Positions 1 to 11,250 of a stretch of 64,000 nucleotides of DNA are shown piece by piece. The translations under genes were made by a program, and so were the position numbers. Position 1 is the first letter of the stretch; each line of letters starts with the position of its first letter. The notes under the pieces are model-generated. The model ran no database searches. It was not told the DNA's origin and worked only from the letters and a program-made list of their open reading frames with translations. The stretch lies in the NCBI GenBank assembly GCA_965113315.1, contig OZ220368.1; one strand, given 5' to 3'. Source of the stretch: Podarcis vaucheri (taxonomy: Eukaryota).

Positions 1-839
1 ATGAACTTGCAAAGCATATCCACACAGAATACACAATCATCACACATACTGACAACTATAGCTACAACTCATTCCCCCCCCCGAAATATCAATAATAAGG
101 TTTTTAATGAGCATAGTCCTGTAAGAGTTAAATCAATGGGCATCTGGCTATGCAATCCAGATGTGATGGTGGTGCTAAGGAAATAGCCTTGCACGCAGAT
201 AGAATTCATATTCACTGATTTAAATAATCCAACACAGAGGCATGTAGTGGAGAGGAAAATTAACAGCCAGAGAACAATTAGGCCCTCTACCACTCCCTAA
301 AGATAGAAATGTAAAGAATGATATTTGCTTAGGTTTTGTTTGCTTGTTTTCTATTTGTTATTAGTGATCCATAGGAGTGCTCCTGTGACCAGCTAGTACA
401 GCAGGAGACTGCTCAGCCATAGCCAGGCTCTAAAGAACAAAGACTAGAATACCATCACATTTCCAATTATTCACAGCTAATACTATCAATGATGTAACTG
501 TCAGGAAAGACTCTTACTGTGCCTGCTAAAGCAGCATTCTGCCTGCCATGAATGGTGCAAAGCTGTCCAGCTCTGCTCCCCATGTTTCTGATAGCTCCTG
601 AGAATCTCATTTCCACAACTTTTGCATTGGCATAGGGATGTACCAGGCTGCAAGGCTGCTCTGCTAGGACTTCTGATCTCTTGGTGTGCTTTCCCTGGTC
701 CTTTCCAACCCATGCCCGTCCCCACCCTCCATTTTGAGGGTGTGGGGGTTTTTTTTTGCCATTGCTGGCATAGCAACACAGAGGAGAAGATGTGAAAAGA
801 TTCTGCTACCTGTCAACATGCACCCAGTGTTAATCACAG

Positions 840-840
<1 letters not shown>

Positions 841-889
<49 letters not shown>

Positions 890-1040
890 CCACTCTTGAT
901 CTGAGGATCACAGGGTGGTTTACAATATAAAAACACAAACATGCATAACGTAATAATAGACAAAAGCAATACCTCTCACAGTTTAAAAGGCCATAGATGG
1001 TTTAATTAACCAAAGGCCTGGGAGAAGACAAATGATTTAC
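841..1040 (-). mobile_element. Degenerate L2-type LINE 3' end with (TTA)n tail (841-886)
   Basis: (TTA)n followed by TATACCACTCTTGATCTGAGGATCACAGGGTGGTTTACAAT, resembling the reverse complement of a squamate L2 3' terminus. Confidence 0.5.
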
Positions 1041-1159
1041 TGCTGCTATATGGCAGTCATGTGATCAAGCTCTTAGGCCTACTGTCATACTATATATATA
1101 TATATATATATGTTTTGGTGTCTTCGGGTGTCTTCCCGTGTAAGAGTCGGGGTGTCTGT

Positions 1160-1197
1160 GCGACGTTTCGACGAGGTCTCACTCGTCATCTTCAGGC
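1160..1197 (-). ncRNA. Mirror copy of the minimal hammerhead motif
   Basis: Exact reverse complement of 1255-1292 within the inverted arm. Confidence 0.7.
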
Positions 1198-1254
1198 TGG
1201 TGCTTTCGGCTTCTTGTTACTTCCTGTTCCAGTAACAAGAAGCCGAAAGCACCA

Positions 1255-1292
1255 GCCTGAAGATGACGAGTGAGACCTCGTCGAAACGTCGC
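1255..1292 (+). ncRNA. Minimal type I hammerhead ribozyme motif (PLE type)
   Basis: GC - CTGAAGA (1257-1263) - T - stem II GACGAG/CTCGTC with a 6-nt loop - GAAA (1283-1286) - palindromic stem III ACGT - GTC cleavage triplet (1288-1290) - GC. Stem I is only 2 bp. Confidence 0.7.
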
Positions 1293-1372
1293 ACAGACAC
1301 CCCGACTCTTACACGGGAAGACACCCGAAGACACCAAAACCTGCATTCCTGTACCCGTGAAAATCTACGAAA

Positions 1373-1374
<2 letters not shown>

Positions 1375-1440
<66 letters not shown>

Positions 1441-1441
1441 A
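1375..1441. repeat. Compound (TA)n(TG)n microsatellite
   Basis: Seen directly. Other microsatellites: (CA)n 1577-1610, (GT)n 5241-5277, (CT)n(CA)n 14960-15029, (GT)n 16643-16675, 29181-29207 and 50645-50670, (GA)n 59872-59916. Confidence 0.95.
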
Positions 1442-3049
1442 TGCTTTTAGAAATGATGTACATTTCTGAGTCAAATGTTTCTGTGCTAACCGTGTTCAGC
1501 TGCTCTGAATTCCTAAAGCTGCACCGATTGTTTAATTTTGATTAGCAAAGGAACACAGTATAGACATTTCTGTTCTACACACACACACACACATACACAC
1601 ACACACACACATCTCATGCCACCGCACTAGCATGGATGTCTCAAATATTTCCGGACATTTTTATCACTACCTCGAAGTGAAGGCTTTGATGTTTCTGATC
1701 GATTTTACATAGCAGGAGCTCAGAGTCCATAGTGAGAGGCAGCAGTGCAGAAGGCTATTGTTAATAGCTAAGTGGGAGCAAACCCTTTGAGGACTCCGAG
1801 CCTGAGGCATTTGGGAGGCCCTTGTGGTGCCTCCCCTTTCTCCAGGGCTCATGGCTGACTTCTCCAGCCTTTTAAGCTATGCTGCCTTGTCATACAGAGT
1901 TGAAAGCTGAAACATCTGTTGCTAACGTTTTCTCTCTCCCCCCCTCCCCACACAGACACTGCAGGTTCTTCCCTGCTGTTAAGCACAGCCAAGAGACACT
2001 TATTATTCCGGCAGCTGTTTCTGCAATTAGAGCCACAGGGGTTTCAGAGAGGCTGCCTCCTCTCGCCCTTCCCTCAGCCCTGAGTGACAGAGGGCACAGG
2101 CACTCGGAGGCATGGGTGAAACGAGAAGCATTAGCAAAACAAGTGTGTAGGCCCACTCTTCTCAAGCTGAGTCCTCCTAACCAGTTATCATCTGAGCATA
2201 AAGCAGAGAATATTGAGGCTGCTTCCTAGCAGGGCTAGCCCACAACATTTTTGCTGCTTGAGGCAAAGGAGGAGATGACGCCCCTGACTCAGTTCCAGTA
2301 CAAAAGCAGACTGAATCTTCAGCACTAGCAATGGGACAGCACCTCCCATCATGGGGGTGGGGGCAGGCAGGCTGCCTGTTGCACACATTGCTCTGGCTTT
2401 CGGGAAACCATGCCTGTGCTCACTCACCAATGGGCACCTGGTTGCTGCTGCCCAAATGCTGCAGTGCAGCAGAGGTGGTGTCTGTGTGTGTCATGGCAGC
2501 AGAGCAATCAGTGCAGCACATGCACTATCCACTGTGCTTCCTGGAGGAAGGAGCCTTGATCTCAGCCCTCTTACTTGATCAAGGGTGTTTCCCAATGGCA
2601 CTGTCTCTGGTCACACCCAAGCCATATATTTAAAGCACAATTATTCCACATTTTAAGGGCATGGCAGCAGCACCCCCTCCCAAGAATCCTGAGAATGGTT
2701 AGGGTGCTGAAAACTATCTCTGTGAGAGGTAGACTTACAGTTCCTAAGATTCTCTGTGCATGGGCTCTGTGACATGTTGGGATAAGGGCAACTAGGTGAG
2801 ATAGCCAACAGTAAACACCACTGCTGGAGCACCAGCTCAGGAGGATGTAAATGGCTCAGAGCGGGTAACCAAGATGGCACCCCAGCATCTGGCAGAGCCT
2901 AATGGTAGAGCCAGCCATGGAGGTCTGGTTGGTGATTTGTTTGGGCCTTTGGGATTGCTGAACTGGAACACTCATACGAAAGGGGTGAGCTAGTCAGCAT
3001 GCCCCACATACTGATGCTTCTCAGCACCTTTGGGCTGTTTGGGTTCCCC

Positions 3050-3886
3050 CAGAGGCATAGCAAGCCCAGGTGGTACCTGGTGCAGAAATTTGTTATGTCA
3101 CTCCTCCCCCCACATTGACACCCCCTTCATATGCTTCTGTGCCCCAACCCCTGTGACTCCCAAGTACCCCGAGCTGTTGGGGGAAGGGGGGGAGCCATGC
3201 TGCTTTGCCGGGGCGCTGGTAAAGCGGTGCAGCTGGTCCTCTCGGGAGCCATGGCTCCCGTCCGTCCTCCTCCCTCCCTCCCTCCCCGGCTCGCTGTAAA
3301 GCGGCAAAGCGGGAGACACTTATGGCGAGCCGGGAAGGAGGGATCCCACCACCATCCATACAGCACTCCACCGGCGCCGGGGCGGACCGCTATGTACAGC
3401 GCATGTGCAGCATTGCTACACACAGCGCATGTGTGTGACACTGCACATGCGTTGTGCATAGTGCTTTGCTGCCAGCGCCGCCTGAGAGCCGTACGGACAG
3501 TGGCAGGATCCTCTGCTTGTGGCTGCAGCAGTTATGAAGGCATCCCACTGCCATTCGTCTGGCGCTCAGGCAGCGCCAACAGCAAGACGCTATGCATAGC
3601 GCATGTGCGGCATCACTACATACAGCGCATGCGTGTGACACCATGCATGCATTGTATGTGGCAGTTTGCCACCAGAGCCACTCGAACGCCGTACAGACGG
3701 TGGTGGGATCCTCTGCTCGCAGCTGCAGCCGCAAATGGAGGATCCTTCACATGCGGCTGTGGCGGCTGCTTGCGACGCCGCGCTCAGGCCAGGGCGGCAA
3801 GGGCAAGTACCCCGCGGGGTGCCTTCTTGTCACCATCCCAGACGTAGAACCTAGGGCGAACCACCCCCCCCACTGCGATGCCACTG
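3050..3886. mobile_element. Non-autonomous hAT-like DNA transposon with an internal palindromic ~200-bp tandem dimer
   Basis: Ends CAGAGGCATAGC ... GCGATGCCACTG (imperfect TIR). Flanked by TTCCCC at 3044-3049 and 3887-3892. GC/CpG-rich interior. Confidence 0.6.
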
Positions 3887-5238
3887 TTCCCCTACCCCCT
3901 CTTCATTTTAGCAGTTGTGGGTGCGGGGAGATGGGGTGGACATACTTGTGTCCAATTCCAGTGACATTATTCTTGCTCCACTGATGTCAATGGATACAAG
4001 TGACCTATCCAGACAATGAGATGGTTCTTTCTACCTTTTAGATATTATACGAAAATATACAGACCTTTAATGTCATACATTCAACATAGACCTCTCTCTT
4101 TCCTTATCTGTTTTATATCTGTGTTCCTTTTCTCCTGCTTCAGCCTCTTCCTTCTATTCCCCCTTCCCACCCAGTTGTCAAGGTTCCCTGCACTCACTCT
4201 ACCCCAGACTGCATCAGATGTCCTTTTTTATTGTGCATTGATGATGATCTCCACTCTTGTTGGTATTGGGGGAAGTTATACATGATCCCACTTTCAATAC
4301 TGTTTGTGCCTCCAAAGGTTCTAGGGGCAAACATACGACATCTTTTCTAATGAGTGCACATCCCATTGCTTCCTGCTGAAATCTTGTGACTTTTCAGACC
4401 ACAAATGTTCTGGGGTGTTTTTTCTGTCCGGCTTTTGTTGCGCTAGAGTGCCAGAGTGCGCCTCCAGATGGCAATGAGGCAAGAAAGTTTGGGAAGCATC
4501 ACAGAAAAACTATTAAACCAGAATGATGTGTGGTTGGTCCAGTATAAATCCACCACACACTCTTAGTGCAGAATACACCTGTAAAACAACAACCTAGTCT
4601 GGAGGGGCCCACAGTCCGGGGAATGTGAAGCACTTGACTGTTCCCTTGCTTAGAGATGCTGGATCTTACCTCAGCATTAGTTGTGCTTTATATCCACCAC
4701 CCCTCCCCGCCGCCCTCAGGCCGTATGCCCTTGCTTGTTATTGTTATGTTTGGCAGGCCAGAGCTGTCCTGCAAGACTGGCACCAGTTCAAAGTGAAATT
4801 CCTCATGAAGACATCCTGCCCACCTCAGCTTAGCCTGACAGGAGGAAAATACACCACGATTTAACACCATGAGCAGAATAGTAAATCACTGCCTTTTTAT
4901 TAGGCTTGGGAAAGTCGGGGGTAGGAGAGGGGGGCCCATTTGGAGAAGGATACCTTTGAGCACTCAGAAGGGGAGAGCCAATTCCCTAGATCTCAAGCTC
5001 GGGTGAGATGTGAGGGGCTCTGCTGCGTGCCTTTCATAGCCCTGCTTAATTAGTGTGCCTAACATTAAAGGGATTTGGGGTGGAGAGAGACAAGCCAATC
5101 TCCAGCTGCCAAAAAGCTGTAAATTACAACAAATGCCAATAAGTCATTAGGAAGCACAAGAAAAATGTGGGGTTGCCATGGCAACTGACATTTACAGCTT
5201 TCAGGCGATGTTCTGGGGGCTGTGTTCTCTTGTTCCTC

Positions 5239-5280
<42 letters not shown>

Positions 5281-6049
5281 GAGATAGAAAGAGAAGAACA
5301 GCTCCCAATTACTATGCCATAGGTAGCTGGGGGTGAGATGGAAAGGTGGGGAGCATTGGGGGAGGACGTTAAAACCTACCTGGCTGAAAGGGAGCTTGTA
5401 GCATTTCAACGAGGAACATGAAGGGAGAGTTGACAATTCGGTTTCGGTGGACAGACTCTGATTAGCGTGTGTGAGTATGGGGGGAAGTGAGCGTGTCAAT
5501 CAACCTCTTTGTCTTCACAGGGGTTACCGTGTGCATGCATGTGCTGGTGCGCCTTGGAGGTGTCAGCTGCTTATTAACTTTGACATCTGTCTGTTTGCAG
5601 GCATAGGATGGGGAGTGCAGCAGCTCCATTGTGATGCCAGGATGCTACACAGGGCGTTGGAAGGCAGAAGAGAAGCAGAAGAAATTACAGGAAGTGAGGG
5701 GAGTTGCTCCTAATTTCTATTTTCAGTCCTCTTTCCCCTTGTTCCTAAAAATCTCTCTGTGCACCACACAGCAGATACACTGGTGTGACATATTGTTCCT
5801 ACTGCGTCTTCAAATTAACACTTCTTTTTGCCAAGTACATTGAGGTGCTCCTTTGTGAGGTGCCAATGGCATCAACCTCAGCCAGTGTTCCAACACCTGA
5901 CCAGGAACAACACAGAACTTTACTTTATACCAGGTCTGCTAGTTCTGTCTGCTCTGACTGACAGTGGCTCTTCAGGGTCTCTGACCAAGTCCTTCCCCAC
6001 CATATGATACCTGGTCCTTTTTTAGCCTGGAGATGCCAGACTTCAAATT

Positions 6050-6865
6050 AAAGAGGCCCATGAAGTCCAGCATCCTGTTCTCACATTGGCCAACCAGATG
6101 CCCATAGGAAGCCCATAAGCAGGGCATGAGGGCAACAGCATTCTGCCTACTTGTGATTCCCAGAAATTGGTATTCAGAATCATATAGGCTCCAACAGAGG
6201 AGGTAGAGCATAGCCATCATGACCACTAGCCACGCTAGTTCTACTCTGCTTCCACAGTCAGAGGCAGTATGTGTCTGAATGCCAGTTACTAGAAGCTGAA
6301 GGAGGGGAGAGTGCTGTTGAGTTCAGATCTGGATTGTGAGTTTTCTACAGCCATCTGGCTGGCCAATGTGAGAACAGGATGCTGGACTAGATGGGCCATT
6401 GGCCTGATCCACCAGGTTCTTCTTGTAGCCCCATCCTCCATTGATTTGTCTAATCCTAAACTGACTTGCGTCCTGTCAATAATAAGGAAAGGTAAAGGGA
6501 CCCCTGACCAGTCGTGACTGACTCTGGGGTTGCGGCTCATCTCGCTTTACTGGCCGAGGGAGCCGGTGTTTGTTGGCAGACAGCTTCCAGGTCATGCGGC
6601 CAGAGCAGCGCACGGAAATGCCGTTTACCTTCCCGCCGGAGTGGTACCTATTTATCTACTTGCACTTTGACGTGCTTTCGAACTGCTAGGTTGGCAGGAG
6701 CAGGGACCGAGCAACAGGAGCTCATCCAGTCGCAGGGATTCGAACTGCCCACCTTCTGATCAGCAAGTCCTAGGCTCTGTGGTTTAACCCACAGCGCCAC
6801 CCGCGTCCCCCTCCTGTCAATAATAAACCTATTTTAAAGCCATCCAAGTTGCTGGCCATCACTAT
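6050..6865. mobile_element. Nested CR1 3'-end fragments: a minus copy interrupted by a plus copy (~6240-6425) and by a Sauria SINE
   Basis: Squamate CR1 3' UTR motifs CCAGCATCCTGTTCTCACA and TGTGAGAACAGGATGCTGG in opposite orientations. The first copy resumes as TTTTAAAGCCATCCAAGTT after the SINE. Confidence 0.65.
6486..6811 (-). mobile_element. Sauria SINE, near full length
   Basis: Head GGGACGCGGGTGGCGCTGTGGGTTAAACC and ACCTTT tail on the minus strand. 15-bp TSD TCCTGTCAATAATAA at 6471-6485 and 6812-6826. Confidence 0.9.
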
Positions 6866-7267
6866 GTCTTGTGGGAAAAAACTCTATAAAATAAAATAAG
6901 AGATTCCATGTAAGAACATCCAGTGGCATGTGCCGAAGATGTGGACATTTGTAATGTCAGAATAAACTGATGTAAGGAAGATGCCTGCATTTTGTAAAAT
7001 CTCCAAAACCTTCCCAGAAGGCTATAAGTTTTGTCCTTCTGCCTGACCTTTCCGACTCTTAGCCGTTTTCCTTCTTTACACACATGTAATGTGGGAAGCA
7101 GTCTTAACATAGAATATTCTTTCACAAGACAAAGGAAAGAACTTTCTGAGGATACGACTTACAGCAGAACAGAGTAGGTTGTCACATTTGAGTAACTGGC
7201 CAACAGAAGATTGCAAGAAGCCAATGTGGATCTAAGAGACGGAGATATTGTGCAAAGATATGTAGGA

Positions 7268-7431
7268 ACGCCCGCCCTGTGGAACAACTATTTGACATTT
7301 AGAAGACATCTGAAGGCAGCCCTGTTTGGGGAAGTTTTTAATGATTGATGTTTTAATGTATTTTTAATTTCTTGTTGGAAGCTGCCCTGACTGGCTGGGG
7401 AAACCCAATCAGATGGGTGGGGCATAACAAT

Positions 7432-7472
<41 letters not shown>
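7268..7472 (+). mobile_element. Short L2 3' fragment with (ATC)n tail
   Basis: Shares GCCCGCCCTGTGGAA...GACATTTAGAAGACATCTGAAGGCAGCCCTG with the L2 copies at 38.9 and 49.2 kb. Confidence 0.75.
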
Positions 7473-7608
7473 TATATCAACATGACTTTTAGAAGAACCT
7501 TTTGGTTTATGCATTTGTTTAAATTATGATTGCAACTGAACACCCTCCCTCCCTGCTCTCTTTCTAGTTGGGTAAAATTTCTCACCTACATGTTCTGATA
7601 GTCAAATA

Positions 7609-7832
7609 CAGGCACTCCCCCATTTACGTGGGGGTTACGTTCCAAGGCACTGTGCTCATCAGTGAAATCATGTATATTTGAAACATCATTGAAAAAGCCT
7701 GCAAACTTCCCATTCTGCCCCCATCCCATTCTGCCCCTTTAGGAGACATTTCTGGGTCACTTCTGAGTTTGGTGTGATGTGCATGTGCTCAAATAAACAC
7801 GTACTGAACGTGCATAAATGGGGGTTTGCCTG
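7609..7832. mobile_element. Tc1/mariner (Tigger-like) MITE
   Basis: TIRs CAGGCACTCCCCCATTTACG / CATAAATGGGGGTTTGCCTG with TA on both sides. Confidence 0.65.
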
Positions 7833-9590
7833 TATAGCCAGTGTTGGGGGCTTCTATCAAGATCCTAATGCAGAGGGTAGAGGGTCTTTAATCCTTTGCC
7901 CCTCCTGTGGGCATGTCTTAAATATGTCTTGTTAGGCTTAAACTGGTTGACATCCCATGCACTAAAACTGAAGCAATGGCCTCTGCAGCCAGAAATGTAT
8001 GTCTCCAATGGGAACTGGAATCCAGACACAGCAACTAAAGGTTTTAATAATCTAACACCTTTCCAGAAAGGGAAGCAATTAAGTTGGGGTGGCTAACATG
8101 AAGCCCTTCAGATGCTGTTGGGCTTCAGCTCCCCAGGCAGCATGACTAATGGTTAGCGATTATGGGAGTTGTAGTCTAATAACATCTGGATGGCCAGATC
8201 CCTGAGTTAAGGAGGTTGCATTATTAAATGTATATTTGCATAGCTAATCAAATTGAAGTAAGGAAGACTTACTTATAAGAGCCAAATGGGTTCTTAAAAT
8301 GATATAACATGATTGACCTGAAATGCAAGGATTCAGATTTGGAGCTTGGTGATGAATCCTCAGCCTTTTATACAAATAAACTTCTGATTCATATTTCTAT
8401 AGCCAGTTTAAGTTTCCTTACCTAGACCAGGCTGTCACGGGAGAATGAGATGTCCCACATTTCCCACCTGCCAGGAAGGATCGTGTACCACAAGCCACCA
8501 AATAACTCATTCTCCGTCTCCAGCCCCCTCCCAGCAGCCAGAGTGAATTATGAAGATCCTTTCTTCAAGTGAAAGAGATGGAATTGCCCTTCATGGGTGA
8601 GGAGTTCTATTTATTCTCAGCAAATTCACTTCCACTTTATTTTAAATTAAACTGTCTTGACTCTCACCATTTGGAACCTGATGATGAAGGAGGAGCCAGG
8701 GGAATGAGAGCAAGCCCCCCTCCCCCGATCAGCTGGAAAATTAGCGCCCAGACAGGTTTGTGTTCAAGCAAGCACAAAGCACAGGAGGGATTCTAGGATG
8801 AAGCAGGTACAACCGGGATGCCCATGACGAGAATTATCCCAGTGCTCCTGGCATTCCTATATGAGTTATTGCATTTCAGAACACATGGCATTTCCTAGGT
8901 GAGTAAAAGTAAAATGCTGATGAATTTTCACAAGGACTTTAAAATATAAATGCAGCTTTTATGCCACTGTTTGCCCTCCTTTTTGTGATGCATTTCCTCT
9001 CTGTTTTGCCAGTGCACCAAAGGTCACCCTAACTGGGGCTTCTCAGTGGCCAGGCCTCACCTGCAGCCTCAATACCTGTGCCACTAGTGTTCTGGGCCCT
9101 TACTTAAAAGCAACAACACCTGATCTCCGTGGGTCATATACCATTGCTTAGATATGCACACTGCAAAGTAGAAAAATGTGAATGTAATGTTTCCCTGAAT
9201 CACTGAAATCCATTCAAGTCTACAACTCCCATTGCTGATCTCTTTCCTCCATTACACAACACCCACTATTCCTCTTCATTCCCATAACATCTCCTTCAGG
9301 TTAGGGTTTACAGCTCTGCTGACATTATGAACTGATCAGATAAAAGTTCAGAGAAGTATCACATGGTATGAAAAGGATCCAATATTAGCAACTGCCTTAA
9401 AAAGGCTGTAGATTGGCGCCTAAGGGATCTGTGTCTATTTACATATAGGGCATTGATTGGCTAAGCAAGTCATGAGGCACTAATTTGTTTTTCCAATGGA
9501 AAACTAATACCGGAGTCAAAAGGGCACAGTATGTTGTATAAACTCCCATGTGCTATATCAGTCACCAACAACTTCTGGAGAAGTTGGCAT

Positions 9591-9777
9591 GGGGAACGGA
9601 AGTAGCTCTATCATCAAAGCACTTGCTCTGCATGTAGAAAGTCCTACGTTCAGTCCCCAGGTTCTTCCGGTAAAACTGGGAGAAACCTTTGTCTGAAACA
9701 CTTAGGAGCCACTCAGTGTAGATAATACTAAACTAGATAGGCCAATGGTCACATCCAGGATAAGGCAGCTTCCTATC
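9591..9777 (+). mobile_element. Degenerate tRNA-derived SINE, same family as 15918-16106
   Basis: GGGGAA...GTAGCTC head and TAAGGCAGCTTCCTAT tail. Confidence 0.55.
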
Positions 9778-10700
9778 TTCTGTTCACTTCCTTCTCCTAT
9801 TACCTGTCAGTTCTGCTGTTTCCATTTTGATTTCTGATCTCTGAAAGGTAACAGATCGCTTCTTCCATCATTCATATTTGAGAAACACTTCAGAAAACCA
9901 CACTCTTTGTTCTTTTGAGCTTTATTTTCCTAATTTGTTTTGTTTTTATGCTTAAGCACCACATTAGAGGGATTTTCCTCTTCGGGTAGGAAAGATTATT
10001 TTGAAAAATGACAGCCTTTCGTTTTTCTAACTTCCCCTCTGTGATATTTCTTGCCTGAAGGTGTACTGCCCAGGACACTTGCAAATATGAAAAACCTGCT
10101 CCAGTTATCATCAGAAGCAGAAATCTCAGAGTCTAGCTGCCATCACCAAGATAAAATGAAGCTTCCCACAATAGCTCTGTCAGACCTATTCTCAACTGGG
10201 GGTGGGAGGGGGGAAGCCTAGCACAGCTCTGCTGATTTCACACAATGGCCAATTGACTCTACTGGAGATTTGACTGTTTGATGTACATGGAATAATAATT
10301 GAGGCCAATTCTGGTACCAGAAGTACTAGTGGTGTCCATACAGAGTAGTTTTGTTGAATCATTTTATTCAACTCCTTGCTGAAGTTACCTTAAGTTCTCG
10401 GTATGTGGCCATATATAGCTAATTGTGACCAATTATCTATCCTCATCAAATACACCTGGCTAAATCGTTGACAATGCAATTCAGTTCAATTGCAAGTCGG
10501 CAGTTTCTTAATTAAGGCATCAGACCTTGAGACTAATAATAAAAATTAAGCACACTTCGACTCTAATGAATAAAAAATATAAGTGCTGTGCAGTAGTAAC
10601 ATAAATAAAATCCTTATTTGTTAATCTCTAGCACTCAATTTTTTATTTCAACCATAATCATAGATCTTCCTTAATATGTCAAAGAAGTACATAAGAGTGT

Positions 10701-11017
10701 AACATAAGACGAGCCCTGCTGGATCAGACCAAATAACCCATCTTGTCCAGCATCCTGCTCTCACAGTGGTCGAACAGATGCTTGTGGGGAGACAGCAAAC
10801 AGGATTTGAGCACAAGAGCAACTCTCTCCTCCTGTGGTTTACAGCAACTGGTATTCAGCATCATTGCTGCCTCCCACTGTGGCAGAGCATAGTCATTGTG
10901 GTTAGTAGCCATCAATAGCTCTCTCCTCCATGAATTTATCTAATCCTCTTTTAAAGCCATCCAAGTTGGTGACCATCATTGCCTCCTAAGGGAGTGAGTT
11001 CCATAGTTTAACTATAC
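10701..11017 (-). mobile_element. CR1 LINE 3' fragment
   Basis: Reverse complement of the CR1 ORF2 C-terminus (MVTNLDGFKRGLDKFME-like) plus 3' UTR. Confidence 0.75.
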
Positions 11018-11153
11018 CAGGCATAAGCAAACTCGGTCCTCCAGATGTTTTGGGACTACAACTCCCATCATCCCTAGCTAACAGGACCAGTGGTCAGGGA
11101 TGATGGGAGTTGTAGCCCCAAAACATGTGAAGGGCCAAGTTTGCCCATGCTTG
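11018..11153. mobile_element. Palindromic hAT-type MITE, same family as 41834-41969
   Basis: TIR CAGGCATA(A/G)GCAAACT and internal hairpin ACTACAACTCCCATCATCCCT...AGGGATGATGGGAGTTGTAG. The flanking 8-mers do not match. Confidence 0.75.
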
Positions 11154-11250
11154 ATCTAGCCCAACCCCCTGCAATGCAGGAATCTTTCCTCCAATGTGAG
11201 GCTCAAACCCATGACCCTGAGATTAAGAGTCACATGTTTTACCAGCTGAA
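11154..11250 (-). mobile_element. Degenerate tRNA-Lys-derived SINE with CR1-type tail
   Basis: Similar to 23287-23433. Confidence 0.55.

Larger units (their letters stand above)
1112..1374. mobile_element. Non-autonomous Penelope-like (pLTR-only) palindromic element inserted in a (TA)n microsatellite
   Basis: Perfect 110-bp inverted repeat (1112-1221 / 1231-1340, 9-nt loop). The right arm continues to ...ACCCGTGAAAATCTACGAAAG, which resembles PLE 3' ends. Contains a hammerhead core. Flanked by (TA)n at 1091-1111 and 1375-1418. Confidence 0.75.

Noticed and set aside
1112-1340. Pre-miRNA or classical MITE interpretation of the hairpin
   Set aside because: The stem is long and perfect, one arm has a 34-nt extension, and it contains a hammerhead core, all of which fit PLE origin better
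686-1545. ORFs with poly-Y and (YI)n runs
   Set aside because: Translations of microsatellites
3131-3984. Overlapping long ORFs of up to 238 aa
   Set aside because: They lie in a GC-rich palindromic transposon that is open on both strands, with no recognisable domain
9804-9840. 37-nt exon starting METAELT in a strong Kozak context
   Set aside because: Plausible alternative reading of the same donor, but no gene could be matched and the pyrimidine tract is short
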